Below, piece by piece: positions 25,696 through 32,000 of a DNA stretch of 32,000 bases. The stretch is from an uncultured Erysipelotrichaceae bacterium (GTDB lineage: Bacteria > Bacillota_I > Bacilli_A > Erysipelotrichales > Erysipelotrichaceae). Position 1 is the first letter of the stretch; each line of letters begins with the position of its first letter. The position numbers and the translations under genes were made by a program. Where the stretch lies: NCBI GenBank assembly GCA_942493105.1, contig OW818668.1, positions 930,001-962,000 of the forward strand, in the 5' to 3' direction. Under the pieces are notes generated by a model. That model saw only the letters and a program-made list of their open reading frames with translations, was not told the DNA's origin and did not search any database.

Positions 25696-25862
25696 TAATA
25701 CACTTTATCTACGACAAAAGCAACGACCTCGATTTGATCATTGTGTAAAGAGTCCAGATAAAGCATCTTGCATAGCGAGCGGTTGCCATACAGTACGGTT
25801 TTCTTACTCATAAGAGCTTCCTCTCCAACTTTGGAGATCCTTGTTGATTTTATTTTAACTGA
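25696..25862 (-). repeat. Cassette-boundary repeat, copy B (contains a 38-codon relic ORF at 25695-25811)
   Basis: On the minus strand: SD ggagagg, then ATG, then MSKKTVLYGNRSLCKMLYLDSLHNDQIEVVAFVVDKVY*. Near-identical to copies A and C. Confidence 0.9.
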
Positions 25863-26206
25863 AAGACTAAAGGAAACTCAAAAACCCATTCTCAAAAATG
25901 CATGATTATATTTTTGGTTTCATGTAATAAAAAATCGTAACTGAATAAATATCTATAAAGCGTGGTTAATAAGCGAAGTATTGCATTATACGTTAATGTT
26001 TAAAAATTCTGCAGATGTATCTAAACTCAACCAAAAACTTGATTAAGTATGCTTTTTACTGATATCATAAATATACGAGAATTGTTTAATTTAAATGACT
26101 GAATACTATCTTATGTAGATCAAAAAACTCGTATCTATACAATCAATGCTTATTAAATTGAGAAAATTGTATACATTCAGTTTGTTAAATATTGTGGGGT
26201 AATACA

Positions 26207-28378
26207 ATGGTTAGGAAAGAGCCGATTTATTATCATTTGATCTTTGGGTCACTTCAGTGTAAAGAGACTTTTGGGGTTGATCTTTTATATGGTGACTACG
26301 AGTATATTATCAACCTCAATTCATCACTAATTAGTAAACTTTATTTTGAGAATTACAGTGAAGTAAAAACATATTATTGCAGTGAACTAATCAATAAATC
26401 AGAATATGAAGAACTAACACTTCTGGAATACACATTTCATAATAAAAAAGCTTTTGATTTATTACACAATCTAGCAGAAAGGCTACTTTTTCGTAATGAG
26501 GTTCAATATCTGTTTCTATGTATCGATTGCTTGTGGGTTATTGATAAATTACTAGGTTTTTATGATTTAGTTGATGAGTCTGTGTACTTAACTGTCAACT
26601 CTCGTTTAAAAAATGAGTATGATGTAGATCTTAGGTTCCACTATGCACTAACTTTTACAAGATATAAATATTTAAACGAAATGATTGCGATCGAAACAAG
26701 AAAAAAATTCAAAATTGAAAAGCTTATTCGTACTGCAATTACCACCATCGCTATCGCACATTCAATAGCAGAAGCGTTTAGACCGAATTTATACAAAATT
26801 GGGTTTCGTATTCTTGAACAAATCGATACAATTGAACTTCAAAAAATAGTTAATGAGGATAATCTGAAAACGATTATTAACGAAATATTACAATCTACTG
26901 TTTCGATCAATGAAGATGCTTTAAATTTTTATGTAACAAGACGGCTAAGTTTGAAACTAGATATGACGTTAGGTAAAAACCTCCCAAACAAAATCAAGAT
27001 TAACTACATTCAAGATAACTTAGATTTTGTATCAGCTTTAATTAAAGGCAAGATTCCTCAATCTTTTATTGCATTACAAAAAATCCTTGAAATTCTTGAA
27101 AATGACAGAATTGAGGACTTAGGTGAGAAATATAAATATCATAATTTTAATATAGGATCTTTGGTAATATATTTATTAAAGATTGATAATAGTTACACCA
27201 TTATAAGACTCTTTACAGTTCTTAAAATAATTGAGTTTGACCAGATGTATAAAGTCTGGGATCAATCAATAGGGTCAAATTATCTTGATCTATGTTATAA
27301 CTATTTAATATACAAATCAAAGACCGAAAAACACTTTAAATTAAGTAAGAATGATAAAACGTGGTTGCTATGCCTTTTAAAAGCGTTAAGGAGCGAAAAT
27401 GATTTGACTCAACCAGTTGATAGAATAGTTTTTTTGTTTAATAATATTGACTTCCTTTCCATTGATATGGAGACCATTATAGAAATATGCAAACATATTT
27501 ATGACACTGAAAAATATAAATCAACACACGATAGTATTCAATTGGCGCTAGAAGCTAGACAGTATGAACTTGTCAAATACCTAGATGCAAATAGGGAAGT
27601 AATTGATTTACTTGTTTCTAAATTCAATATTGAAAAACTTAATAAAACCAAACGATTTGTGATTATGAGACAACTTGAAAAGAATTGTGAGAGATACTTT
27701 TCTCAAATTCAAGATAGTCCTTTGGGCTATAAGATAATTGTTGCTCGAAATGCGAATGATATTCAAAAACATCAGCGTACATGTTTGTATATTGATCAGA
27801 TAAAATACATGATGAGAGAGCTAAAGGTTAGAAATATCACAGATCTTTTCCATTTCACACCAATTGATAATCTTGCGAGTATTCTTGAAAAAGGAATTAT
27901 ACCCAGAAGTTATCACAGACAACTAAAAGTTCGGTCTATTTGTACAGATTCTGAACGTTATGATCATAGATTGGAATACACTAGTTTATCAATAATGAGG
28001 CCGAATAGTAGAATGCTTTACTATAAGAGGGCTGAAAAGATTATAGTGATTTTAAGGATTGATGCTCAGATTTTGCTTAATGTAACGAACCATCCGTTAT
28101 TCTTTCAAGAAAATGCTTCTCGTTTGATATATAAAGAAAAGCCCTCAAAAGATTTTATGAATGTATCAAAATTCACAAGTTTGTTTCCAACACCGGAATC
28201 AAATATAACGTTGAGTGACCAAGCAGAGATTTTATTACCTGATATTATAGACAAGAGGTATATCAAAGAGATTATTTTTTTCACGAATTCAGATCTCCAA
28301 TTTGTGTTGAGTCATATTAAGCAAGAAAGTTTGAATGGGATAAATTTACTTATCAAGGAGGTAAGAAATGGCATCTAG
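26207..28378 (+). CDS. Large fusion protein: ~545-aa uncharacterised helical N-terminal region + C-terminal DarT-like (DUF4433) ADP-ribosyltransferase domain
   Basis: The C-terminal block (nt ~27835-28378) reads LFHFTPIDNLASILEKGIIP (compare DarT H-x-T...NL..IL), YTSLSIMRPNSRMLYY, PLFFQENAS and SDQAEILLPDII (the ARTT-type QAE glutamate, codon 28226-28228). The ATG at 26207 follows a gtggggt SD; the track ORF starts at TTG 26192. Confidence 0.65.
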   Translation: MVRKEPIYYHLIFGSLQCKETFGVDLLYGDYEYIINLNSSLISKLYFENYSEVKTYYCSELINKSEYEELTLLEYTFHNKKAFDLLHNLAERLLFRNEVQYLFLCIDCLWVIDKLLGFYDLVDESVYLTVNSRLKNEYDVDLRFHYALTFTRYKYLNEMIAIETRKKFKIEKLIRTAITTIAIAHSIAEAFRPNLYKIGFRILEQIDTIELQKIVNEDNLKTIINEILQSTVSINEDALNFYVTRRLSLKLDMTLGKNLPNKIKINYIQDNLDFVSALIKGKIPQSFIALQKILEILENDRIEDLGEKYKYHNFNIGSLVIYLLKIDNSYTIIRLFTVLKIIEFDQMYKVWDQSIGSNYLDLCYNYLIYKSKTEKHFKLSKNDKTWLLCLLKALRSENDLTQPVDRIVFLFNNIDFLSIDMETIIEICKHIYDTEKYKSTHDSIQLALEARQYELVKYLDANREVIDLLVSKFNIEKLNKTKRFVIMRQLEKNCERYFSQIQDSPLGYKIIVARNANDIQKHQRTCLYIDQIKYMMRELKVRNITDLFHFTPIDNLASILEKGIIPRSYHRQLKVRSICTDSERYDHRLEYTSLSIMRPNSRMLYYKRAEKIIVILRIDAQILLNVTNHPLFFQENASRLIYKEKPSKDFMNVSKFTSLFPTPESNITLSDQAEILLPDIIDKRYIKEIIFFTNSDLQFVLSHIKQESLNGINLLIKEVRNGI

Positions 28379-29036
28379 ACCAGTATTTGTAGCAGCCTCA
28401 TTTAAAGAACCAATTCAAGAGGTACAAACAAGTTTCACATTCTTCAGTGGCTTTTCACTAGACCAAAAGAGAAAATCAATACAATCACTACACAATTCTT
28501 ATCTTGAGAATAATCCCAATAAGAGGATCTTAGAGATATCAACAAAATCACCCGATGAATTAGGAAGAAAACTGAGTGCTTTTAATTTGTGTGTTCAAGT
28601 AAATCAGAGAATCCTTCCGCTTGAGTGCGTGTTTCAATCGTCAAAAATTTTTGAGAATGGCGGACCTTATTCTGAACTTATGTATCTTGATCCGGTTTCT
28701 GCGAAAAAGGATATGAGACTTAGAAACTCAGGCAGGTTGGTCAGTTTCAGATTTGATAACAAGGTTTTTCCCCTTGAACCAAAATCATACTTTTATGACT
28801 GTTTATATATAGAAGCAGTTCTCAACTCAACGAGTTTAGTTGATGAATTAATGTGCTATGACGCATTTACGGATATAGAGTTTAATCCCAAAAAATCATA
28901 TAATTGCCAAGCGAGATCTGCAGCCCTTTTCGTCACATTGTACAAAACAAATGAATTGAACAAATTCTTGAATGATATAGATTTTGCAAAGAAATTTTAC
29001 GATAAGGAGAACTTTCAGACATCACTCAACTTATAG
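28368..29036 (+). CDS. Candidate cognate antitoxin/reversal enzyme: 222-aa protein with a NADAR (DUF1768)-like core motif, tentative
   Basis: The ATG overlaps the upstream stop by 11 nt and has a perfect SD (aaggaggt). KLSAFNLCVQVNQRILPLECVFQSSKIF parallels the YbiA-type NADAR block FSNF-x(14-17)-SEHYFQAQKF. No macrodomain motifs are present. Confidence 0.35.
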   Translation: MASRPVFVAASFKEPIQEVQTSFTFFSGFSLDQKRKSIQSLHNSYLENNPNKRILEISTKSPDELGRKLSAFNLCVQVNQRILPLECVFQSSKIFENGGPYSELMYLDPVSAKKDMRLRNSGRLVSFRFDNKVFPLEPKSYFYDCLYIEAVLNSTSLVDELMCYDAFTDIEFNPKKSYNCQARSAALFVTLYKTNELNKFLNDIDFAKKFYDKENFQTSLNL

Positions 29037-29173
29037 TTTTAGAATTAAACTTAACACAGTTGCTTATAGAAATTTAAATAGAATGTTATAACACTTTAGA
29101 AGGTTTTCAAATTTACTATCATAATTTGGATCATCAATGCCTATTAATTAGTAATGATCTCAACTAATTTTAA

Positions 29174-29290
29174 TGTAAAGAGTCCAGATAAGGCGTCTTG
29201 CATAGTGAGCGGTTGACATACAGTACGGTTTTCTTACACATAAGAGTTGCTCTCCAACATTGGAGATCCTTGTTGATTTTTTATAGCTGA
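29174..29290 (-). repeat. Cassette-boundary repeat, copy C (contains a 23-codon relic ORF at 29170-29241)
   Basis: On the minus strand: SD ggagagc, then ATG, then MCKKTVLYVNRSLCKTPYLDSLH*. This is the shortest copy; homology starts at tgtaaagag. Confidence 0.9.
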
Positions 29291-29379
29291 TGATTGTAAT
29301 AGATTGATGTTGAATAACAGAATCAATGAGAAAATACAGAAAACTAATGGTGTATAATTAAAAATGGAGTAGGTATTCT

Positions 29380-29694
29380 ATGAAAGAAACAAAAGATAAA
29401 GTCATTAAGTTCACACATGATCGTGATTGGGATCAATTTCACTCACCTGAAAACTTAGCTAAATCAATCTCAATTGAAGCAGCTGAACTTTTAGAGTGCT
29501 TCCAATGGAACAATGACTTCAAAAAAGAAGAAGTTATTGATGAGTTGGCTGATATTGTCAATTACTGCATCCTCTTATCTGATAAGCTAGATGTTGATCT
29601 GGAAGATATTGTTTTAAGCAAACTTAAGAAGAATGAAGAAAAGTATCCAATAGAAAAATCAAAAGGGAAAAGCGACAAATATAATAAGTTGTAA
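29380..29694 (+). CDS. MazG-like all-alpha nucleoside-triphosphate pyrophosphohydrolase (DCTPP1/RS21-C6-like)
   Basis: FTHDRDWDQFHSPENLAKSISIEAAELLECFQW ... DELADIVNYCILL matches the R.W.QFH.P.NL....E..EL.E.FQW / E.AD signature of the dCTP-pyrophosphatase-type MazG family. 104 aa. Confidence 0.75.
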   Translation: MKETKDKVIKFTHDRDWDQFHSPENLAKSISIEAAELLECFQWNNDFKKEEVIDELADIVNYCILLSDKLDVDLEDIVLSKLKKNEEKYPIEKSKGKSDKYNKL

Positions 29695-29708
29695 AAGGGG
29701 GATTTCTT

Positions 29709-31385
29709 TTGGAGACCAAACTGTTTAATTTTACAGATGATGTCTTAACTAAAATAAGCGACACTGATTTTGCTGAGAAATGGCCAGTCGTTTATTTTAT
29801 TCATAATGAAAATGAAGCGTATATTGGAGAAACCACCAATATCTTAATTAGAGTTTTACAGCACAGAAAAAATCCAGAACGCAAAGAATTGAAAAAGATT
29901 TTAGTTATTACCGATAAAATGTTTAATAAATCAGCAATTATGGATATTGAGTCGCAACTTATTAAATACATAGCAGCTGATGGAAAATTCAAACTACAAA
30001 ATTTGAATTCTGGACTCCAAAATCATAATTATTACCAAAAGGATACTTATGAGAAAATATTTCGTGATTTATGGAAACATCTAAAGAAAGAGCATCTTGC
30101 GGTTTTTGATATTCAACAAATTGAAAACTCTGATCTATTCAAATATTCACCATATAAGTCATTAACAACAGATCAATATTTTACAGTAGACCTAATTCTG
30201 GATGATTTAGCAAGAAACTTTGATCAGAAAACCACAACAATTGTCAATGGTGGAGCTGGAACTGGGAAGACAGTTTTAGCAGTTTATCTCATTAAGTTGT
30301 TAAAAACTTATGATAATGTGTCACAGATCTTTGATGATGAGTTTGAAGAAGATTATGTTAAAAACATTGTTGAAATTCTTAGACAGAAACAAAACCTCAA
30401 AATTGCACTTGTCGTACCGATGACATCACTTAGGAAGACACTGAAGAAAGTGTTTAGGGGTGTAAAGGGCTTATCGGCCAGTATGGTTATTGGACCAAAT
30501 GATGTGTCTAGAGACGATTATGATATTTTGATCGTTGATGAAGCTCATCGACTAAGAAGAAGACTTAATATTACAAATTACGCAGCTTTCGATAAAATCA
30601 ATGCTGAATTAGGGTTTGGAAACGAAGGAACAGAACTAGATTGGATTATGGCTAAAAGTAAACACCAGATTTTGTTTTATGATTCAGCTCAAACAATTCG
30701 ACCAGCAGATATTAGGGAAAGTCAGTTTAGTAATTTGTATAACCAAAATGATCTGTTTAAACAGTACGATCTGACTTCTCAGATGAGAAGTATGGGTGGG
30801 CAAGATTATATTAATTACGTTAAGCAAATGTTTGCTTGTAACCCTAATCTGCAGAGAATTGTATTTGAAAATTATGAATTCAGAATCTTTGATAATGTAA
30901 AAGATATGTATGACGAAATCAAAAAGAAAGATAGCGAAGTTGGATTATCTAGAATGGTTGCTGGATATGGTTGGGAATGGATTTCAAAAGGTAAATCATT
31001 AGAGTCAATTGTGAACAATGATCTATTCGATATCAGAATTCAAGGTCAGAAGTTTATTTGGAATACCACCAATAAAGACTGGGTTAACTCAAAAAATGCA
31101 TTAAATGAAATTGGGTGTATTCATACTACTCAGGGATATGATTTGAACTATGTTGGTATTATCATAGGAAATGAACTTACTTTTGATCCAATAGCGAATC
31201 AAATGGTGATAGATAAAGAACACTACTATGATCGAAATGGATTGACTAACATCGAAAACTATCAAGAATTGAAAGATTACATACTAAATATCTATTCAAC
31301 TCTATTCCTTCGCGGAATAAAGGGGACATATGTTTATGTTTGTCACAAAGATTTGAGGGAGTATTTAAGGAAATTCCTTGGATAA
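29709..31385 (+). CDS. GIY-YIG nuclease domain + DUF2075 (Schlafen-type) P-loop ATPase/helicase-like protein
   Basis: N-terminal VVYFIHNENEAYIGETTNILIRVLQH...IESQLI is a GIY-YIG pattern. Walker A is GGAGTGKT (nt 30249-30272) and Walker B is ILIVDEAHRL. TTG start 7 nt after aaaggggg, 14 nt after the MazG stop. Confidence 0.7.
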   Translation: METKLFNFTDDVLTKISDTDFAEKWPVVYFIHNENEAYIGETTNILIRVLQHRKNPERKELKKILVITDKMFNKSAIMDIESQLIKYIAADGKFKLQNLNSGLQNHNYYQKDTYEKIFRDLWKHLKKEHLAVFDIQQIENSDLFKYSPYKSLTTDQYFTVDLILDDLARNFDQKTTTIVNGGAGTGKTVLAVYLIKLLKTYDNVSQIFDDEFEEDYVKNIVEILRQKQNLKIALVVPMTSLRKTLKKVFRGVKGLSASMVIGPNDVSRDDYDILIVDEAHRLRRRLNITNYAAFDKINAELGFGNEGTELDWIMAKSKHQILFYDSAQTIRPADIRESQFSNLYNQNDLFKQYDLTSQMRSMGGQDYINYVKQMFACNPNLQRIVFENYEFRIFDNVKDMYDEIKKKDSEVGLSRMVAGYGWEWISKGKSLESIVNNDLFDIRIQGQKFIWNTTNKDWVNSKNALNEIGCIHTTQGYDLNYVGIIIGNELTFDPIANQMVIDKEHYYDRNGLTNIENYQELKDYILNIYSTLFLRGIKGTYVYVCHKDLREYLRKFLG

Positions 31386-31793
31386 ATGTTTGAAAGGTTA
31401 AATATGGAAACAATCAAAGTAGTGGCTGCCTTAATTAAGGATGCAGATAAATATCTCATTGGATTAAGGTCAACTGGTAAGTACAAAGGATTTTGGGAAT
31501 TCCCTGGGGGAAAAATTGAGGAGAATGAAGAACTCGAAGATGCATTAATGCGTGAGATTTATGAAGAGTTTGAAATCAATATAAGTATAGAAAAACTTCT
31601 TTTCAAAATCGAATACACTTATCCAGAGTTTATTCTTGAGATGTATTGTTTCTTGACTACCTCTTTAGACAAAGAATTTGTATTAAATGACCATAGTGAA
31701 ACAATGTGGTTTGACCCTAAAAACGATATCGAGATCAATTGGTTACCAGCGGATCTCAAAATTGTTGAATTATTGAAATGTGCTAATTTTTAG
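31386..31793 (+). CDS. Nudix hydrolase, MutT/NudG-like (deoxy)nucleoside-triphosphate pyrophosphohydrolase
   Basis: Nudix box GGKIEENEELEDALMREIYEEFEI (GX5EX7REUXEEXGU). The ATG abuts the upstream TAA. An alternative ATG at 31404 (METIKVV...) has a gaaagg SD. Confidence 0.8.
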   Translation: MFERLNMETIKVVAALIKDADKYLIGLRSTGKYKGFWEFPGGKIEENEELEDALMREIYEEFEINISIEKLLFKIEYTYPEFILEMYCFLTTSLDKEFVLNDHSETMWFDPKNDIEINWLPADLKIVELLKCANF

Positions 31794-31980
31794 TGTTTCC
31801 AATATTAGTTGTTAATTCTGAATACAAATTCTGAGGAATTTCGTTTTCGAATTTCAAAATAATCGTAATAGGTCGGTTGCTTTTTTTATCATAATCAACC
31901 GTATTTGCTTTTCCCAAATATATAGGGTTCTGAAGTTCCATCAATTTTCTTGAACTTGCGGACAAAAATATGTAGTACAT
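31783..31980 (-). CDS. Hypothetical 65-aa protein (weak call)
   Basis: ORF only. An in-frame stop lies just upstream of the ATG, there is no recognisable motif, and it overlaps the Nudix 3' end by 11 nt. Confidence 0.2.
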   Translation of the reverse strand: MYYIFLSASSRKLMELQNPIYLGKANTVDYDKKSNRPITIILKFENEIPQNLYSELTTNIGNTKN

Positions 31981-32000
31981 AGCCGTTATCTAAATTGAAT

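Noticed and set aside
25695-25811. The small ORFs inside the repeats (18, 38 and 23 codons) as a conserved small protein or type I toxin
   Set aside because: Copy A is frameshifted and has a nonsense codon. Copies B and C differ mostly by non-synonymous changes and have different C-termini. The peptide is not hydrophobic or toxin-like. This is consistent with neutral decay of a duplicated gene start.
21985-29290. The repeats as integron attC sites, with the array as a chromosomal integron
   Set aside because: The cassettes are co-oriented as in integrons. However, the repeat lacks the RYYYAAC...GTTRRRY core pair and the extended imperfect-palindrome structure of attC. It reads as a gene 5' end, no intI-like gene is in the window, and multi-gene cassettes with their own promoters and terminators are atypical. 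This is kept only as an analogy.
1-32000. Possibility of a TGA=Trp (code 4, Mollicutes) genome, suggested by the low GC and the lipoproteins
   Set aside because: Trp is encoded by TGG throughout. Several well-supported genes end at TGA (for example the lipoprotein gene at 4386-4388) directly before terminators, so the standard code applies.
1-32000. CRISPR arrays, tRNA/rRNA genes, IS elements or transposase/integrase genes
   Set aside because: No regularly spaced short repeats, no cloverleaf-like or rRNA-like segments, and no DDE, tyrosine-recombinase or serine-recombinase motifs were seen in any frame of the ORF track.

Overview
This is a 32-kb segment of a low-GC, Bacillota-like chromosome. 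It reads in the standard genetic code: TGG encodes Trp, TGA is used as a stop, ribosome-binding sites are AGGAGG-type, and lipoproteins carry lipoboxes.

Positions 1-17.1 kb look like ordinary chromosome. They hold a polytopic membrane protein, a PAS-GGDEF-HD-GYP c-di-GMP protein, a lipoprotein, and a GntR/HutC regulator next to a ceramidase-like hydrolase and an OFA-type MFS transporter. Next is a mannose-family PTS amino-sugar locus (IIC, IID, SIS protein, IIB, NagA-like deacetylase, Cof-type HAD phosphatase). A second GntR regulator sits divergent from an operon of a dehydrogenase, a CpsB-like PHP phosphoesterase and a Gfo/Idh/MocA oxidoreductase.

From about 17.1 kb the content becomes accessory and defence-like. 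It starts with small membrane and zinc-ribbon proteins, an orphan HicB antitoxin, and a PvuRts1I/AbaSI-like modification-dependent endonuclease lying just downstream of a tryptophanase gene on the same strand. Three co-oriented plus-strand cassettes follow. Each is preceded by a copy of the same ~120-165-bp repeat, which is a decaying 5' end of a minus-strand acyltransferase-like gene.
- Cassette 1: a zinc-ribbon membrane protein, an SPFH/Band-7 protein with a C-terminal GYF domain, and a small GYF protein.
- Cassette 2: a 723-aa protein whose C-terminal ~180 aa carry DarT (DUF4433) ADP-ribosyltransferase motifs. It is translationally coupled to a 222-aa protein that has a NADAR-like core motif rather than a DarG macrodomain.
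- Cassette 3: a MazG-like NTP pyrophosphatase, a GIY-YIG/DUF2075 P-loop protein, and a Nudix hydrolase.

No rRNA, tRNA, CRISPR array, transposase or integrase was recognised. The best candidates for something undescribed are cassette 2 and the repeat-delimited cassette architecture. All family calls come from reading motifs in the supplied translations; no database search or folding computation was run.
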